Both the position numbers and the translations under genes were made by a program. This document shows, piece by piece, positions 17,820 through 25,904 of a stretch of DNA of 64,000 nucleotides. Below the pieces are notes generated by a model. That model was given only the letters and a program-made list of their open reading frames with translations, was not told the origin of the DNA and did not search any database. Position 1 is the stretch's first letter. Each line of letters begins with the position of its first letter. Source of the DNA: a virus (taxonomy: Duplodnaviria > Heunggongvirae > Uroviricota > Caudoviricetes); IMG/VR virus record IMGVR_UViG_2944808559_000001, positions 23,109 through 87,108 of that record, one strand, 5' to 3'.

Positions 17820-18146
17820 TCAGCCGCGGGGCGGCCAGCTCCAGGTGCCGGGCCGCACGCCTTCGACGCAGGAGGTGGCCCAGTAGGTGTCGTTGCCGTC
17901 CAGGTAGACCTGGAGGTTGACGTAGGCGGCGCCGAACGTGCGCACGATCATGGCCGGGAAGACGTCGCCCGTCATGACGCGGTTGCCGACGTGCGCGACG
18001 TGGCCGTCCGCGCCGGCCTGGCCGGGCAGGGCCGGGGTGCGGCCGCGCTGGAACGCCTCGAAGTCGTCGCGCCGCCGGTTGATGGCGTCGGCGTCGGCGT
18101 CGCTGAGCTGGTAGTGGACGATACGGCCGATGGACGGCTGGCTCAT
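17820..18146 (-). CDS. hypothetical protein (108 aa from internal ATG MSQPSIGRIVHYQ)
   Basis: RBS GGAAGG sits 7 nt upstream. Confidence 0.45.
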   Translation of the reverse strand: MSQPSIGRIVHYQLSDADADAINRRRDDFEAFQRGRTPALPGQAGADGHVAHVGNRVMTGDVFPAMIVRTFGAAYVNLQVYLDGNDTYWATSCVEGVRPGTWSWPPRG

Positions 18147-18544
18147 CAGGGGCCTTCCGGTGCTGGCGGCGGGCATGCGAAAGGCCCCAGGAGACGGGGA
18201 CGCTCCAGGGGCCTAGCTCGTGATCACGTCTGAGACAAGATCATTCCCGGGGGGTTCCCGGGTGTACCGGACGCGGGAGATCGTGCGGGAGAGACGCTCT
18301 CAGCGCTGCGGATGAATCCCCCGACCGGGGGAAAACCGTGCGTACCGACACGAAACCCAGACTGATCATGAGGGTACACACGGTTGTCAAGCCGAGGCAA
18401 GATCCTGCAACCACAAGTGCGCGCTCACCTACCGCAAACCACCGGAATCGCCTGTGGGAACGGCAATGCAGCGTTTAGCGTTGGTTCAAATGACGCCGGG
18501 GCCAGGTCGCCCCAACTCACCCACGCCAAGGGGAGCCCAGAGGA

Positions 18545-19576
18545 ATGGACAACGCGATTCGAGTCACTCTTGACGATGGGGTCGATGTGATCGTCGAACC
18601 GCCAAAGCCGGATTCTTGCAGCAGCAGTGATCTTGGGAGAGCTGCGACGAAGTCGCTGATCAGGGCAATTAAGCTCTGGCGGCTGAAGTCGAACTTCGAA
18701 AGCGAGCCGCTCTTGAATCCGGCTTTCGAGCTCTGGGCCGCTCTCGCCATGGCCCGAATGGAACGCGACCACGGGCCAGAGATCGAGCTGGAGTTTGCGG
18801 CGGTACATGACGCCTCAGCCGATGGCTGGGTGGTTCGTCGTGACTCCGCCCGCGCTGGCGAGTTCCGCATCGTCCTCGTCGTGCACGCTATGCACTCCGC
18901 ATCCGCTTCCGCTCCGCTGACGGTATCCGCAGAAGTGGCCGCCCAGTCGATGATCGAGCAAAACATGGACGCTCTGCTCAATCCCACCCGACAGCCGAAC
19001 GAGGACCTGCCGATTATGGTCTACGTCGGCGGCGACGCCGACGAAGCCGCCCTGTCCCCCATCGAAGAGGCCATCAAGGGCGTGCTCGACTCCCACGAGC
19101 TCCGAATCGAGACCTCCCAGGGGCCATTCCTCGGCTCCATCGCGAAGTGGTTCAAGGCTGTTGGACGCGGCGCGCAGTCCTTGGCCGACAGTGAAATCGG
19201 CCATGACCTCGCCGCCGAAGCGCAACGTGCCATCCAGCTCCGGGCCGTGGACCTCGAACAAGCCAAGGTGGACGATGCCAAAGCGACGGCAGCCGCGAAG
19301 CTTATCGAAGCCGCCGAGCCGTACTCCGTCGTGACCATCCAGGCCGGGTCCATGCTGCTGCTGAAGGCACACGACATGCTGGTAGTCCGAGACCTGACGC
19401 CGCGGGAGATGCTCTACGTACGGAGAAACTCCCGGCTGATCACGGACCCGAAGGCACTCCTCGCGGGCCTCGACTCCTGTGAACTCCCCACGTCCATCGA
19501 CTCCTGCGAGCTGCCCAGCACGTTGGCCGCCCAGCGCCGCTCGGAGCTGACCATGGGGTTTGAGGACGTCGAGTAA
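18545..19576 (+). CDS. hypothetical protein (343 aa), lower-GC opposite-strand moron next to HNH and integrase
   Basis: GC roughly 55-60% against ~70% background. It is the only plus-strand gene in this stretch. No recognisable motifs. C-terminal DSCELPTS duplication. Confidence 0.6.
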   Translation: MDNAIRVTLDDGVDVIVEPPKPDSCSSSDLGRAATKSLIRAIKLWRLKSNFESEPLLNPAFELWAALAMARMERDHGPEIELEFAAVHDASADGWVVRRDSARAGEFRIVLVVHAMHSASASAPLTVSAEVAAQSMIEQNMDALLNPTRQPNEDLPIMVYVGGDADEAALSPIEEAIKGVLDSHELRIETSQGPFLGSIAKWFKAVGRGAQSLADSEIGHDLAAEAQRAIQLRAVDLEQAKVDDAKATAAAKLIEAAEPYSVVTIQAGSMLLLKAHDMLVVRDLTPREMLYVRRNSRLITDPKALLAGLDSCELPTSIDSCELPSTLAAQRRSELTMGFEDVE

Positions 19577-19627
19577 CCCGCCCATCCGCTGGACGCGGCC
19601 TCTTTTAGCCGTACTCCGGTGGCACCC

Positions 19628-20239
19628 CTACTCGATGGCCGCGGCGACCAGGTCGGACGGGTCGTCCTCCAGCCGCCACGGCGTGGTGGACACGCTCAGC
19701 TCCGGGAACCCGAAGTGTTCAATCTCAATGCCGAGGATCGCGGTCGGCGGACGCTCCCGGTACCGGTCGAACACGCCAACGCCGCCCGGCTCCTTGGAGT
19801 TGCAGCTCATGCACAGCAGCCCGCGGACCAGATCGGTAGCGTGGTCGTGGTCCCACACCTGCCGCGCATGCCGGCCGCCGCAGATGGCGCACCGCTCGGC
19901 CTGCCACTCGACGAGCACATCCACTGGGTCGGCGACCCGGTCAACTTCCGGGGCTTGCCAGCTCCAGCAGGCAGGCTCCGCCGCATGCAACCACTGCTCA
20001 ATCTTGTCGCGCTCCGCGTCGAGTTCAGCGTCCAGTCGGGCTGCCTCGTCGCGCTCCTCTGCGGTCCTGTGGGCCGGGCACGCCGGGTACCGCGACTGAA
20101 TCCGAGCACGGCAGGGCTTGCCCGTGGCTTTGGTCGGCCGCCCGCACTCCACCGTGCTCTCTCCCATGATCAACGCGTACGCGGACTGGAGCGTGTGCCC
20201 GTCCGGCAGGGACCGGCGCGCCGGTTCGAAGCCGCTCAC
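19628..20239 (-). CDS. HNH endonuclease (endonuclease VII-like)
   Basis: CAICGG...VWDHDHATDLVRGLLCMSCNS. Overlaps the integrase stop by 4 nt. Confidence 0.7.
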   Translation of the reverse strand: MSGFEPARRSLPDGHTLQSAYALIMGESTVECGRPTKATGKPCRARIQSRYPACPAHRTAEERDEAARLDAELDAERDKIEQWLHAAEPACWSWQAPEVDRVADPVDVLVEWQAERCAICGGRHARQVWDHDHATDLVRGLLCMSCNSKEPGGVGVFDRYRERPPTAILGIEIEHFGFPELSVSTTPWRLEDDPSDLVAAAIE

Positions 20240-21282
20240 TGCGTCCCGCCCGCGTACTGCGCCTCACCGCGGGCGAACTCCGCGCCCAGGTCGTAGGCGG
20301 GTGACCTGTCGAGCGTGTCGCGGGCGCGGTCGTAGCGGCGGGTCGTGCGGGGGTCGGCGTGCCCGAGGAGGTCCTGCACGACGTGCAGCGGGTACTTCTC
20401 CAGCAGGTGCGTGGCGATGGAGTGGCGTAGCGAGTGCGGGGAGAGCGAGTCCGCGTGCGGGATCCCGGCCTTCTTCGCGACGCGGCGCAGCTGGCGGAAG
20501 ATGGACGGCTGATCCAGCGGCTTGCCGGTGTCGGTGCGGAACAGCGGGCCGTCGTCGTTGCCGCGCTCCTCGAGGTAGCGGTCGAGGGCGACGGAAGCGT
20601 ACGGCGGGATGATGAACCGCTTCGTGTTCTCCTCGCCGCCGCCCTTCACCGGGAGGTCGATCACCCGGTGGCCCCGGTCGTGGCCGAGCGCGGACCGCTT
20701 GACTCGGATGACGCCGCCGACTCGGCACGCGGTCACCACGAGCAGGCACAGCAGCGCGTACGTGCGGGCCGTCTCATAGGTGTGGGCGTGGGCGAGCATG
20801 CGGTCCAGCTCATCCTTGGACAGGCCGCGCGTCTTGGACACGTCGGCGGTCTTCGGCCGGTCCATCTTGGTGAACGGGTTGCGCACGGCGTGGCCGGCGC
20901 GGACGAGGTAGTCGTACCAGGACGAGGCGGCGGCCAGGCGGCGCGAGCGGGTCGAGGCGGCCAGGCCGCAGTCTCGGAGTGCGGCGCCGTACAGGTCGGC
21001 TGCGGACGGTGGCACGTCGGCGGGATCCAGCCCGCGACCTTGCAGGTAGGTGATCCACCAGCCGAGGTCTTGGACGTAGCCGCGCTTCGTCGCTTCGGAG
21101 GTGCGTTTCTCGCTGGACAGCCATGCTCCGGTGGCCGCCAGCGCGTCGATGGTCATGCCGCCTCGGCGCATCAGGTCGGCGAGCTCATGTGTGGTGCGTG
21201 CGGGGGCCGTTCCCCGGAGGGTGGGGCTGGTCATGGGGGCGATCGCGGTCCCGGGGGGGATTTGTTGATCTTGAGGGATCAT
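20236..21282 (-). CDS. int: tyrosine recombinase / phage integrase
   Basis: 348 aa. Has an R...HSLRHS...LLGHADPRTTRRY catalytic tail and an N-terminal SAM-like domain. Confidence 0.85.
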   Translation of the reverse strand: MIPQDQQIPPGTAIAPMTSPTLRGTAPARTTHELADLMRRGGMTIDALAATGAWLSSEKRTSEATKRGYVQDLGWWITYLQGRGLDPADVPPSAADLYGAALRDCGLAASTRSRRLAAASSWYDYLVRAGHAVRNPFTKMDRPKTADVSKTRGLSKDELDRMLAHAHTYETARTYALLCLLVVTACRVGGVIRVKRSALGHDRGHRVIDLPVKGGGEENTKRFIIPPYASVALDRYLEERGNDDGPLFRTDTGKPLDQPSIFRQLRRVAKKAGIPHADSLSPHSLRHSIATHLLEKYPLHVVQDLLGHADPRTTRRYDRARDTLDRSPAYDLGAEFARGEAQYAGGTQ

Positions 21283-21287
21283 GCAAA

Positions 21288-21325
21288 TGATCTTACATGA
21301 TAAGAGACATTGTCATGTAAGATCA
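21288..21325. promoter_or_regulatory. 13-bp perfect inverted repeat TGATCTTACATGA-N12-TCATGTAAGATCA, AT-rich, 6 nt upstream of the int start codon
   Basis: Read directly. Lies in the divergent int / membrane-protein intergenic region. Confidence 0.45.
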
Positions 21326-21368
21326 TTAATTAGGGAACGGTTCGATCACACACTCATCGCCCACCCCC

Positions 21369-22001
21369 ATGCAGCGTTCCAATAGCCCCATGGACTCTCT
21401 CGAACCCGGACCTCTCTGGCGCCGACTGCGTGACCAAGAGGAGCGCAGCATCATTGCCCGCCAACTCCGAGACGCGTCGCCCACGATGGTGCTGGCTGGC
21501 ATCTTCACCAGCGTCGCCGCAGCGATCGGCATGGGGCTTCTGCTACAGCATGTCCCCGCCGTACGACCGGTCCTTGGCAGGTGGGTCATCATCGGAGTCC
21601 TTGTGACCTCCGTGATCGCAGCTTGCTGGCTGGCCTATTGGAGACACAAGAAAACAATCCGCGAGCTGGGCTTCTCCCCTGCAGACCAGCCTGCTCGCCT
21701 CCGGCATCAAATTTCACGCGTCAACAGCGCTATGACCGAAGCCGCTGAGCTGATGGACAACCTCCAGCGCGATCTGGCGGCGCAGCAAGCCGCCCGCGAA
21801 ACTCTTATCGCCGAGGCCGAACATCAGCAGCGACTGCTCGAAGTCAACAAAGTAGAGGCCGAGAAGATCCGGCTGATCATCGTTGGCGAAACCAAGCGGA
21901 GCCTCCGCACCCAACGCTTCCGTGAGTGGGGCTTCTTCCTTGCTGGGCTCGCTTTAGCCGTCCCCATCAATATCCTTTCCGACCTCATCGGACCGAAGTA
22001 G
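21369..22001 (+). CDS. membrane protein with two N-terminal TM helices, a central coiled-coil and a C-terminal TM
   Basis: 210 aa with hydrophobic segments MVLAGIFTSVAAAIGMGLLL, WVIIGVLVTSVIAACWLAYW and WGFFLAGLALAVPINIL. Plus strand, lower GC, no obvious RBS and possibly leaderless. Confidence 0.5.
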   Translation: MQRSNSPMDSLEPGPLWRRLRDQEERSIIARQLRDASPTMVLAGIFTSVAAAIGMGLLLQHVPAVRPVLGRWVIIGVLVTSVIAACWLAYWRHKKTIRELGFSPADQPARLRHQISRVNSAMTEAAELMDNLQRDLAAQQAARETLIAEAEHQQRLLEVNKVEAEKIRLIIVGETKRSLRTQRFREWGFFLAGLALAVPINILSDLIGPK

Positions 22002-22098
22002 CCCTCAGAAGGGAACCGCACGCCGGGGAAGCCGTGCAGCGATCACGAGAACGTGCGACAATCGAGGCGGCTCACACGGTATCTGCTTTCACGTAACG

Positions 22099-22479
22099 AT
22101 GATGCAGATAGGAAGTGAGTCCTTGTCTTATTTTCACGCGTTCCGGCAGCTTATCGATGAGCTAGCGCTCATCATCGTCGCCGTCACCGGGCTCGCTACT
22201 CTCACCTTGGTGCTCGCGTACCTTACCCGAGGCACTTACCGAGCGCTCTTTCCCAACGGCCTAGCACCCCTATTGCACCGCCGCGCCCGCACCAACCGCT
22301 CCACCACCAACAGCCGATCCACCCGCACCACCCGCCGGCCCCCAGCATCCAACCGCGTCGACGGCCCCCGCTCATCCGGCCCAAACCACCCCAACCCCAC
22401 CCACCGCCGAACCGAACCCACCGACACCCCACACCGCGCAGCCGCACCCACAAGATCCACCCACACACCACCAGCATGA
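22099..22479 (+). CDS. small membrane protein with a disordered Thr/Arg/Pro-rich tail
   Basis: 126 aa. One TM (LALIIVAVTGLATLTLVLAYL). The 3' half lies in a C-rich simple-sequence tract. Confidence 0.4.
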   Translation: MMQIGSESLSYFHAFRQLIDELALIIVAVTGLATLTLVLAYLTRGTYRALFPNGLAPLLHRRARTNRSTTNSRSTRTTRRPPASNRVDGPRSSGPNHPNPTHRRTEPTDTPHRAAAPTRSTHTPPA

Positions 22480-22598
22480 CCCAAAAGGCAAAAAGGCAAC
22501 GCCGAGTGCAGGTACACGCGCCGCAGGCCGGCGGGGGGTGGGGGGCTGCCCGCGCATGGGAAGCCCGCGCGCCAGTGCGGCGCGCGGGCTTCGTGGGA

Positions 22599-22976
22599 TC
22601 AGCCGCGTTCGGCGATCGCCCGCGTCAGGTTGGCGTCGGCTTCGGCGAGTACGCCGATCAGGCGCTTGATCTCGCGGCGGATCGCCACGCGCACAAGGTC
22701 GCTCGGCTCGGCACCAAAGCGCGTGTAGGTCGCCATCTGCAACGCGTGGAACGCGTCGTGCGCCTGCTGGATGTGGTCGCCGTACCAGCTCGGCTTTACC
22801 TCTCGCGTGATCATGAGGGCGACGCACACCACGTCAGTGGGCAGAACGATCAGGTCGCTGGCGTCGCCGATGTAGGCCTGCGGGATCTCTACGGGGACGC
22901 CAGCGCGCCCGAAGATCGTCAGTACACGGTCGGTCGCCAGATCGATCAGTTCGTTCGTGGTGGGCTTGGCGATCAT
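22599..22976 (-). CDS. hypothetical protein (125 aa)
   Basis: Preceded by the conserved 5'UTR tacccgaacggagcaacc and a GC hairpin. Confidence 0.5.
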   Translation of the reverse strand: MIAKPTTNELIDLATDRVLTIFGRAGVPVEIPQAYIGDASDLIVLPTDVVCVALMITREVKPSWYGDHIQQAHDAFHALQMATYTRFGAEPSDLVRVAIRREIKRLIGVLAEADANLTRAIAERG

Positions 22977-23038
22977 GGTTGCTCCGTTCGGGTAGGTGCC
23001 GCCCGCCGCTGGGGTCGGCGGCGGGCGGCGGCGGGGGG

Positions 23039-23440
23039 TTAGTTCTGGGCGTGCTTGCCGCGCGCGGCGACGGCGCGCATCATCTCGCGTGCCTGGTCTG
23101 CAGAGATCAGCCGCGCGCCCATGTTGCCCAGGCTGTCGAGTGCCTGCACGAGGGTCTTGATCACGAACATGTTGACGCGCGGCGCACCGGCGGCGGTGAT
23201 CACCTCACCGAACACCGCCCAGGCCGACACGCCGATGGCGCGGTCAACGGGGTTCATGACCGCGAACAGGCGCGCGTGGGCGCGCCCGACGTTCGTCTCT
23301 GCGCCCTCGGGCGTGGTGAGTGCGCCCAGGTGGTTGACGCCCATGTTCACGGGCGGGATGTCCAGGCCGGTGAGGACCTTGTTAAGGCTGTCGAGTGCGG
23401 CGCGTACGAGCGGCGCAACGTCGGGGCGTTCCTGCTCCAT
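23039..23440 (-). CDS. hypothetical protein (133 aa)
   Basis: Preceded by the conserved 5'UTR tacccgaacggagaaacgatc and a GC hairpin. Confidence 0.5.
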   Translation of the reverse strand: MEQERPDVAPLVRAALDSLNKVLTGLDIPPVNMGVNHLGALTTPEGAETNVGRAHARLFAVMNPVDRAIGVSAWAVFGEVITAAGAPRVNMFVIKTLVQALDSLGNMGARLISADQAREMMRAVAARGKHAQN

Positions 23441-23503
23441 GATCGTTTCTCCGTTCGGGTAGGGTGCCGCGCCCCCGGGGGCGCGGGGGCGCGGCGCGGG
23501 GGG

Positions 23504-24049
23504 TTACTTGCTAGCGGGCTTGCTAGCGGGCTTGGCGGCTGGCTTGGGGCTGTTGGCCGCCGTCCGGGCGGCGCTCAGCTCCTCCGTGAGTCGGGTGATC
23601 TCCGCCTGTAGGTCGGCGTTGATCCGCTCCAACTTGGCCGCGTGCTCACGGAGGTTCATCAGCTCCTCTGCCCGCTGGATCTCGGCGCGCATGTCGCGCA
23701 ACTTCTCGACGGTCGGCGCGGGGCTCTGCGCCAGCGGGTCGTTGTCCTTCAGGTCGCCCAGTGCGAGCTTGCCGATGGTGCTGCGGAAGATCTTCGCCTT
23801 ACCGCCGTCGCGGCGGTCGATGATGTCCGCCTCCATGCCCTCGGGGCAGGCGATCATGTCGTCGGCGTAGTCGGGCTGACCCTTGGCCAGAACGAACGTG
23901 CCAGCGATCACGTGCGACGCGATCACGGGGAGTCCGGCGCGGCGAACGTCCCGGTCCCACGAACCGCCCGAGCCGCTCTGCCGGGGGTCGGCGTCGATGG
24001 CGGCCAGGATCGCGTCCAGGATGGCGGTCGGCGAGAGCTTGAATTCCAC
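23504..24049 (-). CDS. hypothetical protein (181 aa) with a C-terminal coiled-coil and a KPAAKPASKPASK tail
   Basis: GTG start with RBS AGGAGA 4 nt upstream. Hairpin gggcgcgcccgc-aacg-ggcgggcgcgccc sits upstream. Confidence 0.5.
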   Translation of the reverse strand: MEFKLSPTAILDAILAAIDADPRQSGSGGSWDRDVRRAGLPVIASHVIAGTFVLAKGQPDYADDMIACPEGMEADIIDRRDGGKAKIFRSTIGKLALGDLKDNDPLAQSPAPTVEKLRDMRAEIQRAEELMNLREHAAKLERINADLQAEITRLTEELSAARTAANSPKPAAKPASKPASK

Positions 24050-24105
24050 GGTTTCTCCTGTTGAGAGGGGGCGCGCCCGCCCGTTGCGGGCGCGCCCAGG
24101 GGTGA

Positions 24106-24873
24106 CTAGTTGGGGATGGTTTCGGTCGGCGCGTCGCCGCTGGTCTGCGGCGCAACGCTGGGGGCGGTCTGGGCGCGTCGCTTGTTCGCCTTACGGGCGC
24201 GTCGCACGACGACGACCAAACCGATGATGATCGCCAGACCCAGCAGACCCACGCCGCCGCCCGCGACCACGAGCTGTACGGGCACGCCGGACGCGGACGC
24301 GGGGACGGTGGCGGGCTGACGCATTTCCGCTAGCTGGTTCGCTAGCGAGTTGAGCGCGCCCGCGATCGACGGGTCGGCGGCGACAGGGAAGGCAACCTCC
24401 GTGTCTTTCGCCTTGGGCTCCGCCGCTTCCGGGATGGGCACCGTGCCCAGCGGCGCGGGCACGTGAGCCTGCGGCGCGGACGCGGGCGGGACCGGGGGTG
24501 TGGGGGGTGTCGGGGGTGTCGGACCCGGCACCGTGACCCGCTCGGTGACCGTGGCGGTCGGACCCGGCACCGTCGCCTTTTCCGTGACGGTGGCGGTCGG
24601 ACCCGGCACCGTGGCGGTGGTGGTGGTGGTCGGCCCAGCCGCCGTGACAGTCGGCGGCGTGGCCGTCAGCGTGACGCTAGCCGTGATGGTGGTTGCCTCC
24701 CCAGGAACGGTGACCGTCTCGGTAACGGTCGCGGTGGAGCAGATGACGCCCGCCGGGCAGTCATCCATGGTCATGCCCGCGCTGGACGCGGGCGCTGTGA
24801 GGACGCAGAGAGCCAGCGCACCGGCGGCCGTGGCCGCTGCTGCACTGATCTTGCGTCGCGTGTTGAGTCTCAC
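24106..24873 (-). CDS. secreted, membrane-anchored repeat protein
   Basis: N-terminal signal peptide (AAAATAAGALALCVLTAPASSA), three 13-aa TVTE(K/R)ATVPGPTA repeats, a Pro/Thr-rich stretch, a C-terminal TM LLGLAIIIGLVVVV and a basic tail RRARKANKRRAQ. Confidence 0.6.
   Translation of the reverse strand: MRLNTRRKISAAAATAAGALALCVLTAPASSAGMTMDDCPAGVICSTATVTETVTVPGEATTITASVTLTATPPTVTAAGPTTTTTATVPGPTATVTEKATVPGPTATVTERVTVPGPTPPTPPTPPVPPASAPQAHVPAPLGTVPIPEAAEPKAKDTEVAFPVAADPSIAGALNSLANQLAEMRQPATVPASASGVPVQLVVAGGGVGLLGLAIIIGLVVVVRRARKANKRRAQTAPSVAPQTSGDAPTETIPN
24515..24635. repeat. three 39-bp tandem repeats (ggtcggacccggcaccgt core) encoding the TVTExATVPGPTA units
   Basis: Read directly. Confidence 0.6.
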
Positions 24874-25068
24874 ATCTGGGAATCGTGACCTGTAGAGAGT
24901 GCGTTACCGACTCTGAGGTAACGGAAATATAACAGTGCGTTTCTGCACGTCAGACCGTGTGCCCAGACCTGTAACGCACGTGACCCCCTCCCCCACGAGG
25001 GGACACCCCCGGATACGAGGTGACCCCCGCGCGGGTCGGGTCGCAGCGACGAGCACAGCACCGGGCGG

Positions 25069-25124
25069 CGTCAACCGGCGTTGACGAAGCCAGCCGGCCA
25101 ACTCACGTCAACCAAAGTTGACGT
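25069..25124. promoter_or_regulatory. two copies of the inverted-repeat operator-like site CGTCAAC-N4-GTTGACG (25069-25086 and 25105-25124), ~37 bp apart
   Basis: Read directly. Lies in a 550-bp non-coding region upstream of the small-gene trio. Confidence 0.45.
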
Positions 25125-25467
25125 CCGCTCGGGTTGTGGATCGGCGTTGTTGGATGGTGTGTCTAATTGGGTGCCGGGTTTGTCTGGTTTGTGTCTTCTG
25201 CTCTCGTGATCTTGGTGCGCTGTGGTCCACGCTGACAGCTTTTGATCTTGCTGTTGGTGGGATGACACCAGAAACCCCCTGTTCGCGTCTGTGGGGTGGT
25301 CTGTAGACGCGCGCAGGGGGTTCGGGGGGTTGGGTGTCGCTTGCGGTTTCGCTAGCGTCCACTGTGAATGGGACTTAGATGCACAACCAGTCAGCGACGA
25401 GGGGCGACGCTGAGCGCGGGCTGTGGTGGAAGTGTGGCGGGCTGGCGTGAGGCCGCGGGTTCTTCGG

Positions 25468-25656
25468 TTAGCGGCGGCGCTGGTGGTAGCGGGTCTTGAC
25501 GTGGGTGGCTCGGGGCCAGCGGATGGTGCGGAGCGCTCGGGCGAGGCGTCCGGTGAGGCGTCGCCAGTCGGTGTCGGTGAGGTGGCTGGCCTCGTCGACG
25601 ACGAACAGGACGGGGGTGAGGCCGCGGAAGCCGCGGGGCTCGGGGTCGAAGGTCAT
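25468..25656 (-). CDS. small protein (62 aa) with a C-terminal RWPRATHVKTRYHQRRR tail
   Basis: ATGA overlap with the upstream gene. C-terminus paralogous to the neighbour. Confidence 0.35.
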   Translation of the reverse strand: MTFDPEPRGFRGLTPVLFVVDEASHLTDTDWRRLTGRLARALRTIRWPRATHVKTRYHQRRR

Positions 25657-25904
25657 CGGCGTCTCCGGTGGTAGGTGGTCTTGATGCGGGTGGCTGCTGG
25701 CCAGTGGGTGTTGCGTTCGTCGCGGGCGAGCCGGTCGCGTTCCTTGAGGTAGGCGCGGCGCTGGGCTGGGGTGGGCTGGTGCCAGGCGTTGAGGATGCTG
25801 GCGAAGGCGCGGGCGGTGCCGCGGAGTGCTTTTCCGAGCTGTTCGAACGCTGGGGTGAACTGGGCGAGTGGGTTGACGCGGAGCTCGTCGGGGGCGTTGG
25901 TCAC
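25653..25904 (-). CDS. small protein (84 aa, GTG start) with a C-terminal HWPAATRIKTTYHRRRR tail
   Basis: GTGA overlap. Shares a ~50-bp DNA direct repeat with the next gene. Confidence 0.4.
   Translation of the reverse strand: MTNAPDELRVNPLAQFTPAFEQLGKALRGTARAFASILNAWHQPTPAQRRAYLKERDRLARDERNTHWPAATRIKTTYHRRRR

Noticed and set aside
18180-18545. Possible tRNA gene (att site) in the low-GC gap near the lysogeny module
   Set aside because: The T-arm-like stretch ggttcaaatgacgcc has a 9-nt loop and no matching acceptor stem. No convincing cloverleaf found on either strand by eye. A tRNA scan is still advisable.
22250-22480. CRISPR-like or simple-repeat array in the C-rich tract
   Set aside because: It is a degenerate cacc/ccac simple-sequence skew without spacer/repeat periodicity. 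It overlaps the 3' end of a plus-strand ORF.
24880-25420. Small ORFs 25071..25362 in the GT-skewed non-coding region
   Set aside because: Low-complexity translations with no RBS. The region more likely holds operators, promoters or an ncRNA.
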